63,264 nucleotides of DNA, filler included, from Octopus bimaculoides (GCF_001194135.2; 3 parts of 3 records of this genome joined end to end with filler, not necessarily neighbours in it); one strand, 5' to 3'. Positions 1 through 12,512 are shown, counted from the whole stretch's first letter. Numbers and translations are program-made. The notes: a model not told the origin generated them from the letters alone.

Positions 1-9
1 CATATATGC

Positions 10-46
<37 letters not shown>

Positions 47-64
47 TATATACATATATATATA

Positions 65-152
<88 letters not shown>

Positions 153-534
153 CATATATATATATACAGAGAGAGAAAAGACAGAAATAGATAGACATAC
201 AGATAGATAGATAGATAGATATTCTTTTTTTTATACGTTTCAGTTCATAGAATATCATCTCCGTCAACGCTAATTAATAAGACATGAAAATATTACCAAT
301 TTATAGTAACAGACTCAGCTCCAATTAATTATCCCGGGTAAATCGCAAGCAAATTGTAATGCATTCATCGACAGCAGACGTCCATATAAATAAAACAGAA
401 TAATATATATTTCTATTGATTAGAATTTAAAAATATGTTTAATAAAAAATATCATCTCTCACTACATACAGAAATATCTGTATTTAATAAAGATTACACA
501 CATACATACAACTACATACATATATATATATGTG

Positions 535-572
<38 letters not shown>

Positions 573-621
573 CATATACATATATACATATGCGTACATA
601 TATATATATATACACTCACAC

Positions 622-700
<79 letters not shown>

Positions 701-899
701 CATATCATTTTTCGTGAAATGATACTCCCCTTCCCACATGACAAAGTGGTATGACTCAGCCGCTATGAAATTAGACAGTCAGTCATTGTAGAAAGTCAGT
801 TGTAGTAGAGTCGTTGTCCGAGTTCTCAGTTGGAGTCAGTGTGAGTTACGTGATATTTACGAGCTCCAGTTAGACGTTTCCCACTAAAATATTTTCCAC

Positions 900-933
<34 letters not shown>

Positions 934-934
934 C

Positions 935-1126
935 ATAATAAAATTAATGAAGATGAGTAGAACGGAGATTTGCACATCCATATTTTATTATACAGTTATT
1001 TATATCGTTCTTCGCGAAGAATAATGGTCTCAGCGAAGAATAATGGTCTCAGCGAAGAATAATGGTCTCAGCGAAGAACGATGTAAATAATTGGAAATAT
1101 CTCCTGATCTTCATTAATTTCATTAT
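935..1126. repeat. Small nested inverted-repeat (MITE/foldback-like) element with a 19-bp tandem repeat in its loop
   Basis: 935-954 and 1107-1126 are reverse complements (1 mismatch in 20). 996-1015 and 1071-1090 are reverse complements (1 in 20). The unit GCGAAGAATAATGGTCTCA occurs 3 times plus a partial copy at 1014-1078. Confidence 0.75.
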
Positions 1127-1461
1127 TTTCTGTACGGAAACTATGCAGTCCCTAAAAGGACATTCGGATTTACCAAGCGAGGACAGTAAACCGAGTCTAG
1201 TAAATTTTCACTAACTTGAGTTTCACTAGCATTCGCCGACGCTAGCCGGCATTGAGAACCGGTATATANNNNNNNNNNNNNNNNNNNNNNNNNNNNNNNN
1301 NNNNNNNNNNNNNNNNNNNNNNNNNNNNNNNNNNNNNNNNNNNNNNNNNNNNNNNNNNNNNNNNNNNNNNNNNNNNNNNNNNNNNNNNNNNNNNNNNNNN
1401 NNNNNNNNNNNNNNNNNNNNNNNNNNNNNNNNNNNNNNNNNNNNNNNNNNNNNNNNNNNNN

Positions 1462-1504
<43 letters not shown>

Positions 1505-4010
1505 GACTGAAACAAGTAAAGAGATATATACATACATACATATATGTATACATACATATAAGCAGAAATAAAGGGAGAGAGAGAGAGAAGGGGGAAGCAG
1601 TGAAAGAGAAAATACCAATTAGTAAGAAATCAAATTTTGCCGAATAACAGCCACAACTATATTTAAATTAATTAGCCCAGACAAAGCACAAGCAATATTT
1701 AATATGCCTGGCTTAGAACTAGACAGACATCATCCATATGTCAGAATAGAAAAAATAAAATAAAAAGAATCATATATAATTCTGTTTATATGAATTCAAA
1801 GAAAAATTATTTTTGAATAAATCAATTTTTACAATGTATTGCAATAATGACATTTAAATAAAGTAAATACGCTCAATATGTAAATATATAACCTGTCTCT
1901 TATTCCGTTCGTTATAAAAATTATCGGCTGCTTACTATAAATATCATCAACTGTTTACTATAAGCTGCAAACAAGAGACAATACAATAGCTACTTCTAAG
2001 CATCAGCATTAGCAACACAATAGCCATCCATTAAACCAATCATCGACTTGTTTACATCGTTCTTTTAAAACTTATACAAGCAATTCCTCGTTGGTTTATT
2101 TTATATGTTTAATCAACTTATTTCTATGACAACCTGGCTAAATTTAACCATACTACAACACCTCATGTCTAAAGTTGCCTGAATACATACATGTATCGTT
2201 GAATCACTGTTAATCTGTCTTTTTTCTCCCTTGGTAGGGGAAACGTATTAAAACTAATAACTATTTATAATTGAACACGTCGATTGAGAACAAAATCACT
2301 TCCACATTAAATTGGTTAACAGACTTTTCTAGCATTGTTCTTAACCAAATATGCATAGATGGCTCTTGCACTCATTATACAAACATATATCGACTGTCTC
2401 ACACACACACTCACACACACACTCACAAACACAAATGGAAGTACATAGACAACAAATATTTCGTACAAATACCCTCAGATACACACATACAGAAACGTGA
2501 TATTCATATATGAGGTAAATAGTAAATAGGAATATAAAACCAGATCTAAATCTTCATTAAAATCAAATTACAGTGAGCTGTACTGAGAAGGCACACACGC
2601 GCGTACACATACGCATAAAGATAAGATATGAATGTAGGCTTGTGTATGTGTCTGTGCATATATAAGTATAAGAATACAATCTGTAAGCGGAACAGTAAAG
2701 TTATACAAGATTTTTCTCAGGTTTAAAATATGACATTGTTTTCGTTATCTACATTTCAACGATGGAGTCTTGCATCTTTGTTAAAAACCATTTTCTTCTT
2801 CAAAGGAAAAATTTAAGTAATTATACATACATGCATGCATGCGCTTATTGTTTTCTAAAATCCTGGTTCTTGAATTGGAAATGTTAATATTCAAATCGAA
2901 ACGATTAAATAAGATAAAAGAATTTTTTAAAAAATGTATTCAGAACGTTAACCTCTCTCGTTCATTCTCTCTTTCATTGTCTCTCCTTCTCTCTTTCTCT
3001 TTCTCACTATATATGNNNNNNNNNNNNNNNNNNNNNNNNNNNNNNNNNNNNNNNNNNNNNNNNNNNNNNNNNNNNNNNNNNNNNNNNNNNNNNNNNNNNN
3101 NNNNNNNNNNNNNNNNNNNNNNNNNNNNNNNNNNNNNNNNNNNNNNNNNNNNNNNNNNNNNNNNNNNNNNNNNNNNNNNNNNNNNNNNNNNNNNNNNNNN
3201 NNNNNNNNNNNNNNNNNNNNNNNNNNNNNNNNNNNNNNNNNNNNNNNNNNNNNNNNNNNNNNNNNNNNNNNNNNNNNNNNNNNNNNNNNNNNNNNNNNNN
3301 NNNNNNNNNNNNNNNTAGTTGTTAATACCAGATTCTGTTTTAAATATTTTCTTCTTTACTGCAATCCAGTTATAACTTTCATTACAATAAAAAAAATGCT
3401 TTTTCCTTTTTTTAAATATATTATTTTTTTTATAATTCAGCTACAAAAAAATGACTGAAAACCGGTAGCCATTAAATAAATTCTTTACCAGTTTCGAAAT
3501 ACAGTAAAAACTTTAAAAAAAAAAAAACAATAAACGAAAATTTTAAATAAAATAAAAATAAAACATAATAAATCAGCTCATTTATTTGAACAAAATAAAA
3601 TATTTATTTCTTTATTTCATCATATTTTTTCTTCAATTTAAATAAAGTCTCATATTAAGATTTTTTTCCCCTTTCCCTCTGATTTCTTGTAAATAAAAAA
3701 ACACAGAATTTAAAAAAAAAAGGTTTAACGTTAAATTACATTTGAAAATTCTGAAATTTGATTCTAAAGACAGCTGTCTGTTTTAAGGCCAATTGTTTGT
3801 ATCAAAAACTCATTCACACGAAGTTAATAAGCAGTTAGTTTCATGTGCAGTTGATAGTTTTGTATTCAATTTCTCTGACGTAATATCATTAAAACTTCTC
3901 AAGCTATCCAAATCTGTAAAAAAGAAAGGAAGTGTGTTAAAATATTAGAATTTCAATATCTAAATATTTGAACCTCAGTTTTCTGAATCTCAATATGCTT
4001 TCTACTTTCA

Positions 4011-4237
4011 AGGCGACAAGATGGCAGAATCGTTAGCACACCGGGCAAAAGGCAAAATGCTTCGCGGTATTTCGTCTGGCTTTACGCTCAGATTTCAAAT
4101 TCCGCCGAGGTCGAAGTCAACTTTGCCTTTCATCCTTTCTGAGCCGTTAAAATAAGTACCAGTTGAACACTAGGGGTTGATGTAATCGGCTAGCCCTCTT
4201 CCCCGAACTCGCTGGCCTTGTGCCAACATTAGAAACC
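4011..4237 (+). mobile_element. tRNA-headed SINE, family S1
   Basis: TGGCAGAATCGTTAGCAC head, B-box-like TTTCAAATTCC, shared body GACTTTGCCTTTCATCCTT...AAGTACCAGT...GGCCTTGTGCC, present in more than 15 copies in the window. Confidence 0.85.
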
Positions 4238-4370
4238 AATATATTCCGTACTTACACAAACCACTGCACTCTGAGTTGAAATTCTATTGAGATCTATTAA
4301 ACCTCTAATCCTTTTGGAGTCGATAAATAAAGTACCATCATGTACTGGAGTTGATTATTCTCTTTCATTC

Positions 4371-4640
4371 TCAGTTTCTCCGTCTCTCTTTCAAGAGGGA
4401 ATCGTCTATGATAAAACCTGGAGAGGGTTGTACTCTACTTGATCTAAAAATCCGCAAGACATGCTGTGATAGTTGTAAATGAGCATCACCGTCATAAATG
4501 CAGTGCCCTTCATTTCCAAACTTCAGTGAAAACATGCCACGCCATGGGGTTACATTACCTTGCTTGGTAATAGGTGAAGGTTGGCGACAGGAGAGGCATA
4601 AGTCCATAGTAAATATACCTCCACAAATTTTGTCTGAACA
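4371..4640 (-). CDS. Candidate coding exon of an unidentified gene (frame ambiguous)
   Basis: Non-repetitive island with higher GC. Pyrimidine tract plus TTTTAG acceptor at 4642-4641. One frame stays open for about 90 codons from the acceptor (CSDKICGG...KERRRN*). An alternative 82-nt exon 4640-4559 ends at a GTAATG donor (VFRQNLWRYIYYGLMPLLSPTFTYYQAR). No homology recognised. Confidence 0.3.
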   Translation of the reverse strand, partial: CSDKICGGIFTMDLCLSCRQPSPITKQGNVTPWRGMFSLKFGNEGHCIYDGDAHLQLSQHVLRIFRSSRVQPSPGFIIDDSLLKERRRN

Positions 4641-4767
4641 CTAAAAGATGGACGCTAAAAAGACGATGGAAGGAAGGAAGGGAGGAAGGAAGGAAGGAAG
4701 GAAAAATCTAAGACAAAACGAAGGAAAGGAAGACCAAAGTAATAACGAAAGGAAGAAATATTGATAA

Positions 4768-4836
<69 letters not shown>

Positions 4837-5202
4837 CAACGCACCTTTTCAATAAAGGTAAGAATATCAATAGATGTGAATTGCCTGGTAGTGCAAGGAT
4901 GGATGGTTCACCTCGTGGCGTTGAAGGAGGATTTCTTCATATCAGAAATGAACTTAAGCTGTTTCTAATTTGTTGCGATTGCTAGAGGCAAAAAAAAAAA
5001 AGAAGTCAAATTATCACACATCGGTAGAAATTAATCAGTGAAAATTGATTTAGAAATATCAAGTTTATTCCTGAGAGCATTAAAATCAAAATGTCTTGCC
5101 AATATTAAGATGAGAATATTAATTTTGTTTTCGCTCAGTACCTTAATCATCATCAAGATCATCATCATCGCCATCTTCATCGCCATCATCATCACCACCA
5201 TG

Positions 5203-5264
<62 letters not shown>

Positions 5265-5281
5265 TATTATTATTATTATCA

Positions 5282-5354
<73 letters not shown>

Positions 5355-5365
5355 CATTATTATTA

Positions 5366-5430
<65 letters not shown>

Positions 5431-5451
5431 CATTATTATTATTATTATTTA

Positions 5452-5500
<49 letters not shown>
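5203..5500. repeat. (ATT)n microsatellite
   Basis: Direct reading; source of the poly-I/Y/N pseudo-ORFs. Confidence 0.97.
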
Positions 5501-5502
<2 letters not shown>

Positions 5503-7532
5503 TCTCATTATTATTATAAGTTTAACTTGGTTATAAGGAATAGTTAATTAGAGGAAATTTATTTCGCTTCTATTAGTTAATCCAACGTTATTAACTAGTT
5601 TTGCGAAGGTTGCTCCGGGTTAAATAGGATTACTTTTCTGTTGCTCTCTGAAGCATGAAATAATTTTATTTGCTGGATTGAACGAAGTATCGACGTTATT
5701 CATAGACTCCTGTTAGCCAGTCGAAGACGTTCCTTATATTGATGTGTGATATAACTGAAGCAACTTCGGAATTTTCTTAAGCGAGACGCCATGGAATAAA
5801 TTTTCATTGCTTTATTTGGGTATGAAAGAAGATTCGATAGTTATTTCCAACTTCTAGAGAAGTGGTTCCCAAAGTGAGCAGTATTGTCCCACCCCCCTGG
5901 GGGCTGAACAGATTTGTGAGGATGTTACTATCTTGTAAGCCAATTACTGGTGGGTTTCCGTTACATCTCTGCTTGTACGTTTAAGAAAACTACAATGTTA
6001 TCTCACCTTGAAGAATTTTTAATCGAATAATTGACCTCAGTACTTATGATTTTTAAAACCTGGTAATAATTCTAGCAAATACTTTTGCCGAAACGCTAAG
6101 TCACGGAGACGTAAATACATCAACACCGTTGTCAAGCGGTGGCAGAAGACACTCTGACACAACGAAATCGACTTTGCCTTCCATCTTCTCAGGGTCGACA
6201 AAATAAGGTACTGAGGTCAATGTAATCAATTTGACCCCTTCGCTCAAGACTGCTAGTCTTGTGCCAAAATTAGAATTATATTAGTGTTATGGTATGCAGG
6301 CATATTCGAATATAATGCTATAGTCTACAAATGTATTACAGAATGTAGTAACTTGTGTTACAACAGCTGCGTAATGCGGGTACCATCCGGGCATCCCTTG
6401 AGTTTGCTGGTGCCTTCCTCTATCCCTGCCTCTATACAAGCTTATACAGCTGACCAAAAACTGCCGTCCCCATAAAAGCGTAACCCGGGGCGGATCGCCA
6501 CCATCGCCGCCCCTTTTAACTATGCTGCAGTGGAATAATATATAAGTGTTCTTATGGTATATGGTAATGTAATGTAGTAGAAAGTGTTTTAGAGTGGATT
6601 CTAGTGTTTTCATGGCTTCAAAGTAAATTTGGAATAGCACGGACGGTAGAACGAACAAGTAACACTTCACTTTACTAACATATACAAGAACATGAGCAAC
6701 AACAACACAAACAACAAAAATATCAACAAAAGCACAACAACGGCGACGACGACTGTATACATATACAATTCCATCGACAACAAAAGCACACAAAATTTAC
6801 TTCATTTGAGCAAGTACTTCAACAAAAACAAGCACAACAAAACTGTGCAAACGTTATAAAAAAAAAGACAAACAAGAACTACGACAGTGGTGGTGGCGGC
6901 GGCGGCAGCGGAGGTGGTGGTGGTGGTGGTGGTGACGATGATGATGATGATGATGATCCGATATTTTTTTTTCCTATAATTTTTTTTTCCTATAATTTTT
7001 TTTAACGCTTTTTGTTCTCTTCTAACTTGGATTTGCTTTACTTTGTATTATTTTTTTTCATCCCTCCAATATCGATTAAAAATTAATATTTCAGTCGCTT
7101 CAAAGGTATGCTAGTTCGCTTTTTTTTTTACCTTCTCATTTTATTTTATTTTGTTATTTTCTTTTATCTATGAATGTACGTACGTGTATGTGTGTATGTG
7201 TATGTAAGTGTGTATGTATGTGCGTGCGTATGTGTGTGTGTGTGTATTTTAGCGCAATAATGTAGAGTTGGACTGAGGTGTAAGGTAAAGTTTAATTCAA
7301 TGTAATGTAACAGAGAGCAACGTAGTCGAGGGCTGGCGCATCCTAGTACAGGGAAATCTAGCATATTGCAGTGTAATCTGGTGCAGTTGTTGTAATGCAG
7401 CGTAACACAATGCACTGTAGATGAACGCAACATGGTGATGCATAGTGTAAGCAATGCAGTGTATGGTATATAGTAGCGGAAGGTGCAATACAGTAGTGCA
7501 GTGTCGTGTTTTATAGTATAATTTAGTATCGT

Positions 7533-7700
7533 GGCACTCCGTCGGTTACGACGACGAGGGTTCCAGTTGATCCACTCACAAGGCTTTGGTCAGCCGAAGG
7601 CCACAGTAGAAGACACTTACCCAAGATGCCATGCAGTGGGACTGAACCCGGAACCATAGTGGTTGCGAATCAATCTTCTTACCATACTGCCACGCCTGCG
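7533..7700 (-). mobile_element. Chimeric SINE: S2 head joined to S3 tail
   Basis: The minus strand reads an S2 head (GGCGTGGCAGTATGG...GGGTTCAGTCCC...CCTTGTGAGTGGAT) and then the S3 tail (CAACTGGAACCCTCGTCGTCGTAACCGACGGAGTGCC). Confidence 0.75.
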
Positions 7701-7749
7701 CGCGCGCACACACACACACACACACAAACATATAATCCTTTTTACTATT

Positions 7750-7947
7750 GGCACATTGACTGAAATTTGGGAGGGTGTATAGTAAATTACATCAACCCCA
7801 GTGCTCAACTAGTACTTACTTAATCGACCCCAAAAGATCGAAAGACGAAGTCAACCTCGATGAAATTTGAACTCAAAACGTAAAGACTGACGAATAACGT
7901 TAAGTATTTTGCCCGGTGTGCTAACGGTTCTGCCAGCTCGCCGCCTT
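7750..7947 (-). mobile_element. SINE family S1
   Basis: Reverse-complement match to the S1 copies at 4011 and 8985. Confidence 0.85.
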
Positions 7948-8463
7948 GATAATAATGTTTAACTATATCATACTTAATGTATGAACATCGTTGTTAGTTA
8001 CTGCGGTTTTTGTCTGACAGAAAAAAAGAAAAAAATTCTGTCCGAGATAAAAAAAAAAAAAATTCTTTTTACGGACGTGCTGCGTTTAGAAACAATAGCT
8101 ATCGATGTATAAATCGTGCCAGAAGCGGCTAATGTTAACACCAGATGGATTTCCGCCTTCTTGAGCCTCGTCAATGATGTGCACTCGCAGCCAACGGCAA
8201 GTTTAGACGAGATTCATCGGCTCGAGTATAGGAAGCAGCGAATAGTAAATTCACTGGAGTTTACGCTATATTTAAAAAAGAATTTAACCTTTAACTGAGA
8301 GATTACTCAATACTTTTTCCTAAAGTACATGTTTATTAAACATTCACAAGGAAAAATATGTATACGTGTAACGAATACAAATATATACATACGCATTTCT
8401 GCATGTGTTTGCTTCAGTGTGAATGTGATTACTTTCTGAGTTTAAATATAAATCTTTAATTAC

Positions 8464-8650
8464 CAGTTCCATACAATTTGCACTTTCCCCCATAAATCCA
8501 TGCGTAATTCTTGACGTCCTCGCTGTTGTTGTTGTTGTTGCTGCTGCTGCTGCTGTTTTCACTCCACTTCATTACCGTTGTCATTATCATTGCTGTTATG
8601 GTGGAAGTGGGTTTTTTTGTTTTGTTTTGTTTTTTGCTTTGATTCTTCAA
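8464..8650 (-). CDS. Candidate first coding exon (S/N-rich start, then SEDVKNYAWIYGGKCKLYGT)
   Basis: Open frame ending in phase 1 at a G|GTAATT donor (8463-8458). The phase is compatible with the 4640 acceptor. Product unidentified. Confidence 0.25.
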
Positions 8651-8814
8651 ATTTTATTTTTCACGCAAATCATAAAATTATTTTTATTTTTCCTCTTTTC
8701 TTCCTTCTTTCTTTCTCTCGGCAAAATATCAAATTTTTCGTCGTGGATTCTTTTTGCAATTTCTTTTTCATTCTTCACTTTTGAAGAAGTTAATCAGTTT
8801 TCAATCTTAGAATA

Positions 8815-8874
<60 letters not shown>

Positions 8875-8890
8875 GAATTATTGTTGTTGC

Positions 8891-8984
<94 letters not shown>

Positions 8985-8986
<2 letters not shown>

Positions 8987-9197
8987 GGCGGCGAGCTGGC
9001 CGAATCGTTAGCACGCCGGGCGAAATGCTTAGCGGTATTTCGTCTGCCACTACGTTCTGAGTTCAAATTTCGCCGAGGTCCACTTTGCCTTTCATTCTTT
9101 CGGGATCAATGAAATAAGTACCAGTTACGCGCTGGGGTCAATGTAATCGACTAGTCCTCTATCCCCAAATTTCAGGCCTTGTGCCTTCAGTAGAAAG
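8985..9197 (+). mobile_element. SINE family S1 embedded in (ATT)n
   Basis: Full-length copy with GAGTTCAAATTT B-box-like motif, flanked on both sides by ATT repeats. Confidence 0.9.
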
Positions 9198-9215
9198 AAT
9201 TATTATTATTATTAC

Positions 9216-9257
<42 letters not shown>

Positions 9258-9386
9258 CATTATTATTATCCTCACCAATAACAAAATTATCCCCATCAAT
9301 AACTATATCTACGTCATTATTGAGCAGATTAAGCTGAAAGCTTTTCTCTGTTTAATGGTCTAGAATTTGGCTCCTGTTTACACTGA

Positions 9387-9445
9387 ACCGGATGTAAGAT
9401 AAAGCTATTTCAATAACTCTGCTTCCGGGGCGGGCTGTGACGTCA
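9387..9445. promoter_or_regulatory. Compact CpG-rich promoter-like motif cluster (ETS, ETS/Sp, CRE)
   Basis: ACCGGATGT at 9387-9395, CTTCCGG at 9422-9428 overlapping GGGGCGGG at 9427-9434, and perfect TGACGTCA at 9438-9445. Confidence 0.55.
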
Positions 9446-9703
9446 TGTAGCTCGACGTGTGGCAGCGTGATGAATTGTCGTGTCATTTTCAGCGGCGATG
9501 GTGTGTAGCTAGACGGTGATGTGGTCGGTACACAACGGTAGAAATTGGTGCGATTTGGTGTAGCAAAGCGAGGATTAGCGTAACGCAGCGTAACAATCTG
9601 CCAGAAGACATTAATAATGTGTTTGGCTTGGTGATAGAGTGTATTAGACAGACATCGTATGGCGAAACATGAGTATATATATAACATATTGCGGAGCGGT
9701 GTA

Positions 9704-9909
9704 CGAGCGGGTACTGAAAAGCTCCTGGTTTTAAGGATATCACGAAAGGCCTGACTGGTGGCCCAACCTTCCAGGGGTTGGAAAATTTGAAAGACCGGTG
9801 CAATAAGTGTGTGAGTCTGCAAGGGGAATATGTTGGATAAAATCATAATTAACTGATCCTCTTGTCTTTTCTTTTATCCAAAGCCAGGCACTTTTCAGCA
9901 CCCCCCTAC

Positions 9910-9910
<1 letters not shown>
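9704..9910 (+). mobile_element. Mariner-derived MITE/deletion derivative
   Basis: TIRs CGAGCGGGTACTGAAAAGCTCCTGGTTTT and AAAGCCAGGCACTTTTCAGCACCCCCC, with TA at the left end. The interior retains a mariner C-terminus-like stretch (LKDRCNKCVSLQGEYVG*). Second copy at 36365-36556. Confidence 0.8.
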
Positions 9911-9963
<53 letters not shown>

Positions 9964-10009
9964 TGAATCCAAACAAAGAAGAACAAACAAAAAAGCAAAA
10001 TAACGCGAG

Positions 10010-10200
10010 GACGTGGTACAAGCACTGTATTATCAGACGCTCAGGAAAGGAAGGAAAGAGGATTTAACGTTTCGAGCAAGGTTCTTCTTCAGAAATAGAG
10101 GAAAGTCCAAAAGAAGGGAAGACGAAGAAAGAGAATCGCCAACGATACACATGTGGTTACATTTTGAAATGACCGGAAGACAGGGGATTGCAAGAGGAGA
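10010..10200 (-). mobile_element. Short hammerhead-bearing repeat (retrozyme-like family R)
   Basis: Contains the hammerhead motif at 10063-10095. Shares flanking motifs (TATCTCC, CCCCTGTC, TAACCAC upstream; GAGCGT...TAATAC downstream) with 17690-17960. Confidence 0.6.
10063..10095 (-). ncRNA. Minimal type-I hammerhead ribozyme motif
   Basis: The minus strand reads TTT-CTGAAGA-A-GAAC-CTT-GCTC-GAAA-C-GTT-AAA: intact CUGANGA and GAAA core, stem II 3 of 4 paired, helix I TTT/AAA, palindromic ACGT helix III. Confidence 0.7.
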
Positions 10201-10275
10201 TACGTGTATGTGTGTGTATATACGTGCGCGCAGGCATGTGTGTGTGTGTGTTTGTTTGTTCATATATAACCGTTC

Positions 10276-10347
<72 letters not shown>

Positions 10348-10545
10348 ATGTTCATGCAAATTTATACATAAATGTGCGTTTACATGAGTTTGTATAAGAT
10401 AGACAGACAGACAGACTGACAGACAAACACACAGACAGGCTGATAGACAGACTGACAGACAGGTAAATGGACAGATATGTGTGCATGTAAGTGTGTCTGT
10501 ATCTGTATGTTTGTGTGTGTTTGTGCGTGATATATAGACAGACAG

Positions 10546-10632
<87 letters not shown>

Positions 10633-11225
10633 GAGAGATGGGATTGTACACACCAGAAATGCAATTATTTTCGTCTGGTCCACTAATGTACTTTTCCCTC
10701 GCTTTGTTCCACCCGGTTTACTGAGCCATTATTATTAGTAAAAACCACCAGAATAGCATCCCGACTGGTTAGCCTGGTTCCTTTGTGTTACCTTTTCGTC
10801 TTCCCCGCTCTTTCCACCTCCTCTTCCATCACCTCTCATTGTTTACCGCAACAAACAAATTAATTAAGTTTGCTTTGATCTATAGTTTGCCCAGCTCTCA
10901 TCTCACCGTCACTATGTAGTCCCTCCGCCCACGCCCATCACCTTACCAACCATCGTTGCTACCACTATTCAAAACCGCCTTTTTGTCTATCGTTAATGAA
11001 AGTAACAATGTGCTCACTCGGTTCGATCTACGCCAGAAACGTCGCTCAAATCACACCCTTGTATCTTTTGGAAGGGCAAAAAAAAAAGAGGGGGGCGGAA
11101 GGACATATTGGATAATACAGTCGAAATCGTACTGTCTTAATATTAGACGGGATGGGCATGGTCGGAACATCTTTGATCATATATCTTTTTAATCTGTACT
11201 CACCTGATACTTGTTGTTGTTGTTG

Positions 11226-11532
11226 GCACTCCGTCACTTACGACGTCGAGGGTTCCAGTTAATCTGATCAACAGAACAGCCTGCTCGTGAAATTAACGTG
11301 CAAGTGGCTGAGCACTCCACAGATACGTGTACCCTTAACGTAGTTCTCGGGGATATTCAGCGTGACACAGTGTGACAAGGCTGGCCCTTTGAATTACAGA
11401 CACAACAGAAACAGGAAGAAAGAGTGAGAGAAAGTTGTGGTGAAAGAGTACAGCAGGGTTCACCACCATCCCTTGCCGGAGCCTCGCGGAACTTTAGGTG
11501 TTTTCGCTCAATAAACACTCACAACGCCCGGT
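11226..11532 (-). mobile_element. SINE family S3 (3' part; runs into gap)
   Basis: Reverse complement of the body and tail of 12513-12830, ending in a (CAA)n tail. Confidence 0.8.
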
Positions 11533-12512
11533 TNNNNNNNNNNNNNNNNNNNNNNNNNNNNNNNNNNNNNNNNNNNNNNNNNNNNNNNNNNNNNNNNNNN
11601 NNNNNNNNNNNNNNNNNNNNNNNNNNNNNNNNNNNNNNNNNNNNNNNNNNNNNNNNNNNNNNNNNNNNNNNNNNNNNNNNNNNNNNNNNNNNNNNNNNNN
11701 NNNNNNNNNNNNNNNNNNNNNNNNNNNNNNNNNNNNNNNNNNNNNNNNNNNNNNNNNNNNNNNNNNNNNNNNNNNNNNNNNNNNNNNNNNNNNNNNNNNN
11801 NNNNNNNNNNNNNNNNNNNNNNNNNNNNNNNNNNNNNNNNNNNNNNNNNNNNNNNNNNNNNNNNNNNNNNNNNNNNNNNNNNNNNNNNNNNNNNNNNNNN
11901 NNNNNNNNNNNNNNNNNNNNNNNNNNNNNNNNNNNNNNNNNNNNNNNNNNNNNNNNNNNNNNNNNNNNNNNNNNNNNNNNNNNNNNNNNNNNNNNNNNNN
12001 NNNNNNNNNNNNNNNNNNNNNNNNNNNNNNNNNNNNNNNNNNNNNNNNNNNNNNNNNNNNNNNNNNNNNNNNNNNNNNNNNNNNNNNNNNNNNNNNNNNN
12101 NNNNNNNNNNNNNNNNNNNNNNNNNNNNNNNNNNNNNNNNNNNNNNNNNNNNNNNNNNNNNNNNNNNNNNNNNNNNNNNNNNGGAGGAAGAAGGGAGAGT
12201 GGGGGTGAAAGTGAGAAGTGAGGGGTGGGTGTGAGAGTGAAAGAGAGAGGGTGAGAGATGAGGGGTGAGGGTGAGACTGAAGGTGTAGGTGGGGGTGAGA
12301 GGTGAGGGCGATGGGAAGAAATGAGGAGGGGAGGGAGAGGTGAGGAGGAAGAGGAGGAGGAGGAAGAGGCGCAGGAGGAGAAAGAACAGGAGCAGGTGGA
12401 AGAGGAGGCGGAAGACAGTGATTACTATGATGGCATAAATGATATGATGATGTTGGTCGTGATGCTGGTGATAGTGTTGATGATATAGTAGCCGCGTATA
12501 TGGCGACGGGAG

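Noticed and set aside
1-760. ORFs rich in YI/HT/CV here and throughout the track
   Set aside because: Translations of (AT)n, (AC)n, (AG)n and (ACAT)n microsatellites or N gaps; not genes.
1014-1078. CRISPR-like reading of short direct repeats (also 24071-24133)
   Set aside because: The repeats are contiguous with no unique spacers, there are no cas genes, and the context is eukaryotic.
3814-3918. Strong minus-strand acceptor followed by LDSLRSFNDITSEKLNTKLSTAHETNCLLTSCE*
   Set aside because: Short, no homology, and incompatible in phase with my preferred upstream exon; could be real but is unsupported.
7250-7525. Unusual 5-bp periodic sequence (also about 6300-6620 and 9500-9600)
   Set aside because: Best explained as a decayed pentanucleotide microsatellite.
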